Notes: generated by a model from the sequence alone, not told the origin. A stretch of DNA of 64,000 nucleotides from a virus (IMGVR_UViG_3300033069_001193:21783-85782), one strand, 5' to 3'. Positions 17,545-27,015 are shown, counted from the stretch's first letter. Numbers and translations are program-made.

Positions 17545-18566
17545 TAGAACGCGCCTGGTGCGACCTGAAAACACGTCAGGCCCATCGTCCGCCACTGGTC
17601 GACCACCTGGTCCCGATCGTCCAACACGAAGAGGACATTGTACTTGCCAGCGACGTGAGCAACATACAGTTCCTCCTTGATGATGTTGTCCTTACGGGTG
17701 TCGTTTTGAGTCAGGTCGAGCTCACCGCGCATGTGCAGCTCGTACGGAATGGGCGCCGGCAGCGCCACGAGCCGATCTTCGTGTCGACCCAGGCAATGTT
17801 CGCAGTTGCAGACGCAGTACTTCTCGATGAAGCGCACCGTCTCCGGACGATACTTGACGTCCCGGCCTGACATGAAGATGACCTTCACCCCCTGCTTGTG
17901 CATCGCCATGACCGCCTGGATGACAGGCCAGTTCGGCTTGTCCTTGACGTCGCAGTCGGTCGCATCATAGGGCGATCGCCCGTCGATGAGTGCCAGCGTC
18001 CCGTCCAGGTCACACATGATGGCCTTGGGCAGCCTGCTGTCAGGATCAAAGCCGGCGCAGGTGCCTTCGGCACCGGTCGGAGCCCAGCGCGGTGGGTAGT
18101 AGTTGGTCTTGTCGTTCAGCTTGCGGCCCTTCTCCAAACCGGCCCCTCGCGCCATGTCACGGATCACCTTCTCACCGACGTGGGCGAAGCCGGTGCGAGC
18201 AGCGTCACGCTTGACGCAGGTTTCCACATCGATGTTGATGCCCTTCTCGATGACGGTGACGTCGCCGATGCTGGCTGCCAGTTGGTGCAGCTTCTTGACC
18301 GTCATCGACACCAAGTGAGTGTCGTCCAGGATGACGTCGTAGCCTGCCTTGAACGCCTCGCGGACTGCCTGTTCCTTGAGGACCCTCATCAGGTCCTCAC
18401 GGTTGTCATCGCGCACGTGTGGATTGTTGCCCGGGCCCACCGCCATTCCTCGCAAGTCGTCTCTGTTGATCCGCACGAACCTCTTCGGCTCCTTGCGGAT
18501 CAACTCTGCAGCGACGGTGCTCTTACCTGAGCCTGGAAGCCCGCGAAGGATAAAGAGAGTTCGCAT
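17544..18566 (-). CDS. pseT: polynucleotide 5'-kinase/3'-phosphatase (T4 PseT-like)
   Basis: GLPGSGKST P-loop, RINRDDLR, HAD motif DLDGTLA, LDDRDQVV. Confidence 0.92.
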   Translation of the reverse strand: MRTLFILRGLPGSGKSTVAAELIRKEPKRFVRINRDDLRGMAVGPGNNPHVRDDNREDLMRVLKEQAVREAFKAGYDVILDDTHLVSMTVKKLHQLAASIGDVTVIEKGINIDVETCVKRDAARTGFAHVGEKVIRDMARGAGLEKGRKLNDKTNYYPPRWAPTGAEGTCAGFDPDSRLPKAIMCDLDGTLALIDGRSPYDATDCDVKDKPNWPVIQAVMAMHKQGVKVIFMSGRDVKYRPETVRFIEKYCVCNCEHCLGRHEDRLVALPAPIPYELHMRGELDLTQNDTRKDNIIKEELYVAHVAGKYNVLFVLDDRDQVVDQWRTMGLTCFQVAPGAF

Positions 18567-18569
18567 CGA

Positions 18570-18813
18570 GTTTTAACCTTGTCCTTTCTGTCAACTTGAC
18601 AATGCCTGAGGCCTCGAGTTCAGCCAAGACACTACGACAACGTCCGTGAGTTCGTACGACCACCCACGTGATTTGTAAAAATCTTGTGCAGCTTGGGCTT
18701 GGCCTTCACAGCAGCTGTACCTTGAAGGGTCGCAGGTTTGCACTCGACCATTCTCGTGTCATCTACGATGAAATCTGGGTAGTACGTCCTTTGTTGACCC
18801 CAACCGCTGATCA
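18570..18813 (-). pseudogene. decayed TnsA-like (PD-(D/E)XK) endonuclease remnant
   Basis: RTYYPDFIVDDTRMVECKP...VKAK continues after a frameshift as AQAAQDFYKSRGWSYELTD; no start codon; resembles the C-terminus of 23731-24540. Confidence 0.65.
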
Positions 18814-19293
18814 ACGTACGATCTCGTGCTCGCGGTAGGTGGCCTTGCGTGCTGCGTCCTCGCGCTCCTTCTTGGCCTTTGCCTCGGCGACGCGAGCGGC
18901 CTGGTCGACGACCCGCACCTCGGTGACCATGAACTCGATCAGCTCGGGCACCGAAGGTTGCTGAGGGGCGTTCAGGCGAGGTCCAACAGGAACCGAGCTC
19001 AGCTTGGTGACCATCGCCTGAGCCGGGCCCTTGCGTGTCCACACCTTGCCGTCTTCCACCTTGTCTCGCCAGCCCGTACTTCCCGCTCGAGAATACGTGT
19101 GGTAGTACTTGCCGTTGCAGCGAACCGCATAGAAGGTCGCCAGCGGCGCGGCCGGTTCAGGAGGGACCACAGGTGCCGGTTTGTACCGCGAGCTGTGCTT
19201 GCAGTCGCTCTCGTAGCAGTCACAGTCGCCTCCGTGAGCGTCCTGTCGCCCGCAACTGTGCCCGCAGCCTGCATTGTTCCAACAGAATGCCAT
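18811..19293 (-). CDS. hypothetical protein with Cys/His-rich N-terminus
   Basis: 160-aa ORF ending abruptly at the endonuclease remnant. Confidence 0.6.
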   Translation of the reverse strand: MAFCWNNAGCGHSCGRQDAHGGDCDCYESDCKHSSRYKPAPVVPPEPAAPLATFYAVRCNGKYYHTYSRAGSTGWRDKVEDGKVWTRKGPAQAMVTKLSSVPVGPRLNAPQQPSVPELIEFMVTEVRVVDQAARVAEAKAKKEREDAARKATYREHEIVR

Positions 19294-19430
19294 CGTACCT
19301 CTCGAGGACCGTACACGGCCTCAAGACCGCTTTTCAACCCCTCAAGAGCCTTTTTGTGGCCCACCCAGGCCACACGGACAATTCGTGGGCCAGGGGCCGG
19401 TGACTACTACGGCCATCACGTGCCTTTTTC

Positions 19431-20387
19431 TCACCCGTAGAGGCTGAGGTACCGTTCAGTCATCCCGACGACCAGCCTGTCGAGGGCGACGCGATCGGGT
19501 TCCTTACGCAAGGTCGACGTCTTGTAGAGATCGTCGCACCGGGCCTCAAGAATCTTGATCCGCTCGATCAGGGCATCGTACGCAAGGTCGCCATGGCGCA
19601 CGTTGAGCAGGAAGTCGCGGTCGCCTCGCTCCCGGCGATCAACATACACGCGGTGATCCTCCAAGATCTCGAGTGCCATCGTCCCCAGGCGCATCAGGTG
19701 CATCCCATGTTTGGTGTCGTAGCCGAACTTGGCCTCCAGTTCCGCACGGGCCGGGTTCCGCGTCTTCTTCCAGTGAAGGTACTGATCGTAGCACTGCTTG
19801 GCCGACTGATACTGCTTCTCCCGAGTGAAGATGGTCAACATGTCCTTCGACACCTCGACCTCAAGGCCCTCTGCCACCGCCGCATCGAAGGCACCCAGCT
19901 CAGAGGCGGTCACCTTGGTCGTCTCGCTGAGACCGAACTCCTTGCGGGCCGGCGGGGCCAGGGGTGGAGCCAGCAGCCACGAGCGATGCGTCTTGATGCG
20001 TTTCAACTGGGCATGGGCGTAGCCCATGAAGGTGAACTTCGCCTTCTTCGACAGGAAGTCGTTGGCATGGGCTCGCAGTTCCTCACCAAACTCATCGATG
20101 TGCAGGATGGAACTCTCCCCGACGTGCAGGATCTCGATGATGTTCGGGTTGCAGTCGGCTGCCAACTTGGCGAACTTGCCGAGGGCATAGACGACACTGT
20201 CGACGCCGTCAGACTTGGAACCCATGTGTTCCTGCTGCTCGAAGTTGCGAAAAAATCCAAGGTGGTACTCCTTGGGAGCGATACAGACACCCTTGAAGTC
20301 CTCGTCAGACGTCGGGACATTGAGCCCGTAGGCGTGGCTCCCGTGACGGACGTATAGGATAGTTCGCTGTTGTACGTCAAATTCCAT
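19431..20387 (-). CDS. RlaP/NrdC.11-like nucleotidyltransferase
   Basis: HGSHAYGLNVPTSDEDFKGV, CNPNIIEIL, GYDTKHGMHLMRL. Confidence 0.85.
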   Translation of the reverse strand: MEFDVQQRTILYVRHGSHAYGLNVPTSDEDFKGVCIAPKEYHLGFFRNFEQQEHMGSKSDGVDSVVYALGKFAKLAADCNPNIIEILHVGESSILHIDEFGEELRAHANDFLSKKAKFTFMGYAHAQLKRIKTHRSWLLAPPLAPPARKEFGLSETTKVTASELGAFDAAVAEGLEVEVSKDMLTIFTREKQYQSAKQCYDQYLHWKKTRNPARAELEAKFGYDTKHGMHLMRLGTMALEILEDHRVYVDRRERGDRDFLLNVRHGDLAYDALIERIKILEARCDDLYKTSTLRKEPDRVALDRLVVGMTERYLSLYG

Positions 20388-20429
20388 GGTTTCGGCCTCC
20401 GAGGCAAGAGAAAGGATCGCGAGCGGGTG

Positions 20430-20873
20430 TTAACGGGTCACATAGTCGATGGGCACCCGCCGGGGTGCAAACGCGCTCGGCTTCAGGCGCTCGACACGAA
20501 CGCGAAGCTGTCCATTCGCCATCGTTGCAGACGCGGTCGACAGATCGAAGTCTGCCGACAGAGTGTAACGCTGGGTGAAGCTCACGCTGTCTCGCACGCC
20601 CTTGACGATGACCTGCTTGTAGGTCACGGTCAGGACGACGTCCTGAGGGGCGATTCCAGGCAAGTCGACGTCGAGGATGAGCGACTCACCGTCCAGCGTC
20701 GTCCTGTACGGATGACGTTCGCTAGAGGTGACGGGTTTGGGCGGCAGCACGTCGACGTTCACCTCGGTCGAGGTGAACGTGCTGGGCAGTTCGTGGTTCT
20801 GTCCAAAGAGGGTCTTCAGCAGCCCACCCAATGAACCGTCGCTTGACTTCTTGCGCTCATTCATGACCGCCAC
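20430..20873 (-). CDS. small heat-shock protein (Hsp20)
   Basis: LDVDLPGIAPQDVVLTV...FTQRYTLSADFD...ATMANGQLRV alpha-crystallin domain. Confidence 0.8.
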   Translation of the reverse strand: MAVMNERKKSSDGSLGGLLKTLFGQNHELPSTFTSTEVNVDVLPPKPVTSSERHPYRTTLDGESLILDVDLPGIAPQDVVLTVTYKQVIVKGVRDSVSFTQRYTLSADFDLSTASATMANGQLRVRVERLKPSAFAPRRVPIDYVTR

Positions 20874-20914
20874 TATAGGCCGGTCATGGGCCGGTTTGCA
20901 CCAGCCCTGTCACT

Positions 20915-21286
20915 TCACTTCGCCAGGACTTCGATCTTTCGACCACGGGCCTTCTTGGTCTTCGGGAAGTCAAGGCTCAACACACCGTGTTCCATTCGTG
21001 CAGTGATGGCATCAATGTCGTAGGCCTCACTGATCTGCCACGACAATGCAGCGCCCGTTTGGCCACGGGTGTACTTGACCTTAACGACGCTGCCTTCGAC
21101 GGTGACGTCAAGATCGGCAGGCTTGACCCCGGGTAGGTCGACCTCTAGCGTCCCGCCATCTTCACGAAGAATCTCACGACGGGCCTGAGTCCTCCGGGCC
21201 GAGGCGTCATAAGTCCGGCCTGAGCCAAAGAACAAACCGAAGATGTCATCATGAGTCACCAGTGAACCAGCACGCTTTACAGACAT
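20915..21286 (-). CDS. small heat-shock protein (Hsp20), second copy
   Basis: LEVDLPGVKPADLDVTVEG...ITARMEHGVLSLDFPK...RKIEV; AAGGAG SD. Confidence 0.82.
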   Translation of the reverse strand: MSVKRAGSLVTHDDIFGLFFGSGRTYDASARRTQARREILREDGGTLEVDLPGVKPADLDVTVEGSVVKVKYTRGQTGAALSWQISEAYDIDAITARMEHGVLSLDFPKTKKARGRKIEVLAK

Positions 21287-21370
21287 TGCAGTCTCGCTCC
21301 TTTGCCGAGGCACTTTCCGTACTGCCTCAAGCAGTGAGAATGATAATCACTGACCAGGGACTTGGGAAGG

Positions 21371-21622
21371 CTATGGACGCACTTTTTGTCCATCGTCGTA
21401 CAGGAGGCGTTGGAACCTGTCACCCACGTGTTCGATGTCTTCAATCCTGTCAGGAAACGCGCTGGTGCCATAGTGCACCAGGCGACGACCCACCACGTTC
21501 GAAGCGAGGGCGGTCAATTGGGCGATCTGCAGAGGCGTGAACTTCTCATCGCTGTCTCTGTCAAGCGAACAGACCTTGACCTCACGGCCGTCGACCTTCA
21601 ACCAGACAGACAACTCACTCAT
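21371..21622 (-). CDS. hypothetical protein
   Basis: 83-aa ORF abutting the upstream gene. Confidence 0.55.
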   Translation of the reverse strand: MSELSVWLKVDGREVKVCSLDRDSDEKFTPLQIAQLTALASNVVGRRLVHYGTSAFPDRIEDIEHVGDRFQRLLYDDGQKVRP

Positions 21623-22005
21623 CAGTAGCCACCGTTGATGCGTTGCGTGTTGATGAGACCCTTGCGCATGTAAGCCTGAAATAGCTCATCAGGAGTTATA
21701 CCGCTAGCGATCGCCAGCTCGACGTAGAGGTGCAGGGCATCGACCAGTTCCTCCAAGTATGCCTCACGGTCCACATCAGGCAGCTCGGTCGCTCGGTGCG
21801 ATTTTGCGTTCTTGAGGTGCTGTCCGGCCTCGAACAGTTCCTCCATCATGTGATTTCGAATGTCCTTGAGGAACTGTTGGCCTCTCTTGGAGGCCAAATC
21901 AGTCGGAAAGTCCGGAAAACCACGCTTCTCCTGCAACAGACGCATGAAGCTAGCCTGTTGGTCGAACATTTGTACCAGTCTGTCTCCACGATCATTGTGC
22001 TCCAT
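21622..22005 (-). CDS. all-alpha NTP pyrophosphohydrolase (MazG/dimeric dUTPase-like)
   Basis: MEELFEA...YLEELVDALH acidic helix pattern. Confidence 0.72.
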   Translation of the reverse strand: MEHNDRGDRLVQMFDQQASFMRLLQEKRGFPDFPTDLASKRGQQFLKDIRNHMMEELFEAGQHLKNAKSHRATELPDVDREAYLEELVDALHLYVELAIASGITPDELFQAYMRKGLINTQRINGGY

Positions 22006-22012
22006 ACGTTCC

Positions 22013-22279
22013 TCAGTTCGAACCGCCAGGGATGATGAACTTGGGGCCAACGGATGCAGCTGCCTGCATTTCGCGGGCCTGCTTCAGCATCTTCTCGTGC
22101 ATGTCCTTGACCTGCCGCTCGTAGTCGGGCGACAGTACCAAGTGATTGGGATCTGTCTCATCCGGAACGACCCTGACCTGACGTAGCAGGTCGCTACATT
22201 CAACGCCTGTCAACATTGCCTCTTGGACGATCTGTACGACGCGGTGCCAGACGCTGTCTCGAAACTTCATCTCTGCCAT
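22013..22279 (-). CDS. hypothetical protein
   Basis: 88-aa ORF with a TGTAGGAT extended -10-like element upstream. Confidence 0.7.
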   Translation of the reverse strand: MAEMKFRDSVWHRVVQIVQEAMLTGVECSDLLRQVRVVPDETDPNHLVLSPDYERQVKDMHEKMLKQAREMQAAASVGPKFIIPGGSN

Positions 22280-22326
22280 GAACGCATCCTACAACGCCTG
22301 ACGCCCGTGTACCCGATTGTCGGCTC

Positions 22327-23127
22327 TCAGTAGTTCCGGATGAGGACCTCAGACACTGTCTTTCGGGAGACACCACGGGAGGCGATGGACCGACGCACCT
22401 GCACGGTGTCGATCCTGAATCCTGCGTATAGTTTGTGAACCTCTGGACAGTCAGAATTTGACTGTAGGAACTTCCCGCCGGCGGCGTCTATTTGCAGGCA
22501 CCTGTCCCGCAACCTGACGTGTTCAGCCGGTCCGAACCTGCCTGCGTAGGTTGTAAAACCTGAAGTAGGGCTGATCGGCACGTAAGGGGAGTCAAGGTAA
22601 ACAAAGTCGCCCCTCCGGACGTCTACCAGCAGCTCATCGAAGTCGCAGCATCTGATGTTGACCCGCGAGATCCCATCAGTGAAAGCTGCAATCTTCTTCG
22701 GATCGACTTTCAGGTTTTTAGGCCGCCCATACGGGACGTTGTGATGGCCCGCAGAATTGACGCGGTACAAACCCTGGAAACCCGCCTTGTTGAGGTACAG
22801 AAAGCGAGCAGCCCGCCACACCAGATTGACGTCAGAAAAGTCGGGTTCACGGTCACGAGCCCGCAGTCGCAGGTAGAACTCCTTGTCATTGGGCCAGGAG
22901 TCGTACACCTTCAGTACAGCACTCTGGTCAACCCGTAGCTGGCAGTAGAAGTTGATGAGCTCGGGATTCTTATCGGAGACGAACGACTCGTGCTCAGGCA
23001 AGGCTAACAAGGCCGCTGCACTTCCCAGAAACGGTTCGAAGTACCGCTCATACGAGACAGGTGCAGCGGCCTGAATCTGTTCAGCCAGTTGGCGCTTGCT
23101 GCCGGCCCAACGGAGGATCGGTTTCAC
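22327..23127 (-). CDS. dam: Dam-family DNA adenine methyltransferase
   Basis: KPILRWAGSKRQL, YFEPFLGSAA, FLYLNKAGFQGLYRVN, VYLDSPY (DPPY variant). Confidence 0.88.
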   Translation of the reverse strand: MKPILRWAGSKRQLAEQIQAAAPVSYERYFEPFLGSAAALLALPEHESFVSDKNPELINFYCQLRVDQSAVLKVYDSWPNDKEFYLRLRARDREPDFSDVNLVWRAARFLYLNKAGFQGLYRVNSAGHHNVPYGRPKNLKVDPKKIAAFTDGISRVNIRCCDFDELLVDVRRGDFVYLDSPYVPISPTSGFTTYAGRFGPAEHVRLRDRCLQIDAAGGKFLQSNSDCPEVHKLYAGFRIDTVQVRRSIASRGVSRKTVSEVLIRNY

Positions 23128-23774
23128 GAGTGAAGGCCAGCGTCACAGCGTTCGTCGATCCTCGCGCCACAGGTGTGGCACGGGATGACGATGCGATCCA
23201 TCACCTCACGATGAACCTCTTCCATGGGTCGAGCGTTGTCAACCAACGCATGGTCGTTCGGATGCATCAGAGCCCAATCACGGTACATGGCACGGACCCG
23301 AGCCTGCAACTCGCCGTCCTTCTCGTAGGAGTCGTCTTCGGTGGTCGTCCGGCGGTACGAACGCTCTGTGAAGACGATCGTCAGATCGGCAGGTTTGATC
23401 CACCGGTAGAACCACAGGACCAACCTCGGGTTGACGCCGGTGGCAATGCCATAAATGACGGATGACAGGCCCCACCGGTCGAAGACGACCACGTCGTTGC
23501 GCGCCGAGATCGCCGGTAGATAGAACAGCTGGAATGACAGCTTGTTGAGGGTCTGGACCAGTTGAAAGCTGATCGGCAGGCGCTTGGCCCAACCCGTCCG
23601 CAGCATCCAGTAGATCAGGTGGTGGGTCCATCGAGTGACTGAGGTAGGCGCCTCAATTCGCTCGACCCGAGCGCCGGCCTGTCGCAGGGCCTCAACTGCC
23701 ATCTTGGACTGCGTCTCCTTACCCGTCTGATCACCGCCTTCGAACACAATGATTTTGCAGCGTTTCTTCGACAT
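23124..23774 (-). CDS. tmk: thymidylate kinase
   Basis: IVFEGGDQTGKETQ P-loop, VVFDRWGLSS, PADLTIV. Confidence 0.88.
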   Translation of the reverse strand: MSKKRCKIIVFEGGDQTGKETQSKMAVEALRQAGARVERIEAPTSVTRWTHHLIYWMLRTGWAKRLPISFQLVQTLNKLSFQLFYLPAISARNDVVVFDRWGLSSVIYGIATGVNPRLVLWFYRWIKPADLTIVFTERSYRRTTTEDDSYEKDGELQARVRAMYRDWALMHPNDHALVDNARPMEEVHREVMDRIVIPCHTCGARIDERCDAGLHS

Positions 23775-24540
23775 ACTCTTTTGACCCTTCGTTCCAGTTG
23801 ACGTCTTCCAGTGCAGCGATCTCATCAATCGCCAGTAGCTTGATGTGACTTTCGGTCACGATCTCAAATTGCAACCCACATTCACTGCAGAACGCTTTGC
23901 ACGCCTCGAACTTGGCGAGGTTGGTCGGGTGCGACACCAACGCGGCAGGTTTGATCTCGTACACCGTGGAACCAATTTGGAAGTCAGGCAGATACGTGCG
24001 CTTTCGTCCACCTAGGACATACTTCACCGATTGTGGCACGTTCACCTGCTCACCACGTGCCATGACCTCGACCAACCACGACAGCTCGTACGAGCTCTTG
24101 AATCTGATGCCTCTGTACGTCCCTTGGATGTGAGATCTGCCACCTCGCTCATACACTCGACCGTACGCCGGATTGTTTTCACCGGTGAGGATCTGAGAAT
24201 GACGAGCGCGAAGTTGTGCCGATCTTTCAAGGCCGTAAAGCTGATCCCACGTCTTGCCTCGTCGAACCTCATGCATACGCCTCAATCCGTGCACGTGGTC
24301 ATGGCGCCCGTGCATCGGATTGTTCTCGCCCGTGGTCGCAACCGACGTTGCCTGTCGGTGAAGCTCCTTCCGCCTCAGCGCTTCTTCCTCACCGTATCGT
24401 TCAACCCACCACTCCCATGTCGTCTTGTCGTTGACGTAGGTGCGGCGAATTCCGTTGGCGTGTTGCCATGCGTTCGAACAGGAGCGGTTGCAGAATCGCT
24501 TCTTGGCCTTGTGCTCACCGCACCACTCGCAGACGTTCAT
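23731..24540 (-). CDS. homing endonuclease, NUMOD3-like repeats plus TnsA-like nuclease
   Basis: CEWC...CNRSC, two TGENNP(M/A) repeats, FKSSYE...YLPDF...YEIKP; overlaps the tmk start. Confidence 0.78.
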   Translation of the reverse strand: MNVCEWCGEHKAKKRFCNRSCSNAWQHANGIRRTYVNDKTTWEWWVERYGEEEALRRKELHRQATSVATTGENNPMHGRHDHVHGLRRMHEVRRGKTWDQLYGLERSAQLRARHSQILTGENNPAYGRVYERGGRSHIQGTYRGIRFKSSYELSWLVEVMARGEQVNVPQSVKYVLGGRKRTYLPDFQIGSTVYEIKPAALVSHPTNLAKFEACKAFCSECGLQFEIVTESHIKLLAIDEIAALEDVNWNEGSKEYVEETLQNHCVRRR

Positions 24541-24558
24541 GACATGGATAGCTATGCG

Positions 24559-24834
24559 CTACTTCGAAGGATCCGACAAGACCGACTGCTCTTTCTGCAC
24601 TTTCGCGTAGTGCACCGCGGTGACCACTTCACATGCGAAGTCACGAAACACGCTCCTGACGAGCTCATTCCTCTTACGGACGCTCGCACCGGGTTCACCC
24701 ACCTTGATTGCATCGAGGTCTGAGGCACCGAACCTGAGCAGGAGGTCCATGCGGAGATAGCCCGGTTCCTTCCGGTTCGGACGCTCCACCACGTACCGAT
24801 CGATGATCTTCTCGATGTCAGTCTCGTTTTCCAT
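24559..24834 (-). CDS. hypothetical protein
   Basis: 91-aa ORF with GGAGG SD. Confidence 0.65.
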   Translation of the reverse strand: MENETDIEKIIDRYVVERPNRKEPGYLRMDLLLRFGASDLDAIKVGEPGASVRKRNELVRSVFRDFACEVVTAVHYAKVQKEQSVLSDPSK

Positions 24835-24858
24835 AGCACCCTCCAGTCTCTAATCCTA

Positions 24859-25800
24859 TCACTCGTCGACAGGCAGCTCAAGGTCACGCATGGTGCCCAG
24901 GGCAGCCTTGAAGTTGTCCTCATGAGGAATCAACTTGCGCGCTTGAACCCACCCACGAAAATTTCCACTGAACGTCTGTTTGATGTCTGCCAAGTACGGG
25001 ACCATGACATTGTGCAGCGTCATCCGGCTGAGCGTCTTGTCTGCCTCCAGCTGCGTCATCGGTGTCGCTGCATGTTCGAATGGGCTCATGTGGCCGCTCT
25101 TCAACAGGCGTTCAGACAGCTCGATGTCAGCCTTGGGATCCCGCTTGCCGTCGTGGGTCAAGTAAGAGACCCGAGCACACCGGCCGATGCAAACCTTAAT
25201 CACATCGAGCATCGTCAGGCCTTCGGCCAGCAGCTGTTCGACATCGTCGACCAACGGCAGGTGCCAGTCACCGTACTGCAGTTGGACAGGCCATGACTGA
25301 TCACGAGCGTCCAGGGCCATCTCGGCAGCACGCTTGATCTCAGGTTGGGCGTCCTTGCTGATACGTAGGCCATCCCAATTGTCGTACTCGGTCGCCGTGA
25401 CGACGACGGTGTGCCACAACCAAGGCTCGAGCAACCGATTGGTGATTTGCTTGTGGATGCCCAACCGCAGCATCTCTTCAGCTGAAGCCATCATGTGGCC
25501 TCGTGCCGTCAACCACTCGTCCGCTGCCAGATGTTGCACGTCAAGAGTCAGCTCTTCCTCGGCCTGCATCCCTTTCTGATTCTTGCCCCAGTAGATGGGG
25601 ATGAACGGATCATCCTTGGCCCGCTGCATCATCTTCTCGACCGGGATGGCCCGGCTGGAGGCGCTGTTGCGGGAGAACACCCTGTGGGTGTTAAATTCTG
25701 CGAGGACAATCCTCGGGAACGTCAGCTCCAGGGTCGTCAACCGGACGCCCTCAGGGCTCAAGCTGTCTCGCAGGACCTTTGCACTGTATGCCATCTTCAT
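24859..25800 (-). CDS. thyX: flavin-dependent thymidylate synthase
   Basis: EFNTHRVFSRNSASSRAIP, AQPEI, CARVSYL, HMSPFEH. Confidence 0.9.
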   Translation of the reverse strand: MKMAYSAKVLRDSLSPEGVRLTTLELTFPRIVLAEFNTHRVFSRNSASSRAIPVEKMMQRAKDDPFIPIYWGKNQKGMQAEEELTLDVQHLAADEWLTARGHMMASAEEMLRLGIHKQITNRLLEPWLWHTVVVTATEYDNWDGLRISKDAQPEIKRAAEMALDARDQSWPVQLQYGDWHLPLVDDVEQLLAEGLTMLDVIKVCIGRCARVSYLTHDGKRDPKADIELSERLLKSGHMSPFEHAATPMTQLEADKTLSRMTLHNVMVPYLADIKQTFSGNFRGWVQARKLIPHEDNFKAALGTMRDLELPVDE

Positions 25801-26645
25801 GCTCCGTAGACGCGAACGCACTCGCGCATGGTGTTGTCGTGGATCTCCAGAACCTTCGGAATGGAACCATCGGGTTCGACCTGGTAGCCGCCTGCTAGGT
25901 CCCAGGCTACTGGGACGCCTCGCGTCCTCATCCCATCGAAGACCATTGCGTCGCGGCGGCGCAACTCTTCAGTCGTCAGCCAACCGCCATACGGGTCATC
26001 GATGTGGGGATCGGCGCCCGCCTGGTACAGGACCACGTCGCAATCAGCCAACCAGCCCAATACCTTGGGAAGCTCCTCGAAGAAGGCCGACACCTGACTA
26101 GCATCCTGATAACGCTGTCCGCCAGTGAAGTGTTTGATCCAAGCGTTCGAACGAACGTGTTGAATGATGCCGTCAGTCCCGTTGCCGTAGTGCATATCAA
26201 GGTCAAGGATGCCTACCCGCTCGATGCCTTCCTTCTTCAGGACATGGGCCGTGACCATCAGACCGTTGAAGGTGCAGAAACCCTCTGCCCAGGCGAAGCC
26301 GGCATGGTGAAAGCCAGACACCGGTGCAACTGCGACTCCACGGGTCGCCAGGGCGTGGCGTGCGGCGGCCAACATCGCTCCTGAGGTGTAAGGCAGTGTA
26401 GCAGCGACCTCGGCAGATCGGTTGTCGAAACCATTATCGATTCGACAACCCAGGATCCCTTCAACGAAGGCAGGATCGTGGGCCAATGCCAGCTGTTCAA
26501 CGGTGACAGGCTCCGGCTCGATGATCTCGATCGGAAACTGTCGCCGCCAGGACTCGACGACCTTGGCGGGTTTCGCAGCTGAGGGCGAAGCACTGCGTGA
26601 GTCGGCGACCATCCTAGGCGTGAAAAAGACAGGAATCTGGGCCAT
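25797..26645 (-). CDS. zinc-dependent histone deacetylase-family amidohydrolase
   Basis: GFHHAG catalytic dyad, GFCTFNG, DLDMHYGNG, YQAGADPHIDD, AGGY: all canonical residues present. Confidence 0.92.
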   Translation of the reverse strand: MAQIPVFFTPRMVADSRSASPSAAKPAKVVESWRRQFPIEIIEPEPVTVEQLALAHDPAFVEGILGCRIDNGFDNRSAEVAATLPYTSGAMLAAARHALATRGVAVAPVSGFHHAGFAWAEGFCTFNGLMVTAHVLKKEGIERVGILDLDMHYGNGTDGIIQHVRSNAWIKHFTGGQRYQDASQVSAFFEELPKVLGWLADCDVVLYQAGADPHIDDPYGGWLTTEELRRRDAMVFDGMRTRGVPVAWDLAGGYQVEPDGSIPKVLEIHDNTMRECVRVYGA

Positions 26646-26748
26646 AGCTCCTCAATACTGTGGCCCCGAGTTTTCTGGGTGCTGCTGGTGGGCAGCCAAC
26701 CATCCTCTGGGCCTAGTGAAGGACCCTATACCGTGCTAAGGGGTGTGT

Positions 26749-27015
26749 TCAGACCCTACGAGTAAATGAGAACAGCGAACTGTCCAGGACGTCGTAGACC
26801 TTCTCTTCAAGCTCATCGCAGGCGTCGTTCATGGCCTGCATGGCTTCATTGCGATCTGCTAGATTATCGCTCTTGTTGATCAGCACGTAGCCGGTGATCC
26901 GGTCTCTGATCCGATTGACAAATTCGGCAGTGTCCTGCCGGAGCTGCCATTCAGGAACTCCGTGCAGGAACTCTTCCTTGATCAGTGATCGCAGGTCACC
27001 CAACCGCACCTTCAT
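26749..27015 (-). CDS. leader-bearing small helical protein
   Basis: MKVRLGDLRSLIKEE leader; ATACTTA 5 nt upstream. Confidence 0.72.
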   Translation of the reverse strand: MKVRLGDLRSLIKEEFLHGVPEWQLRQDTAEFVNRIRDRITGYVLINKSDNLADRNEAMQAMNDACDELEEKVYDVLDSSLFSFTRRV

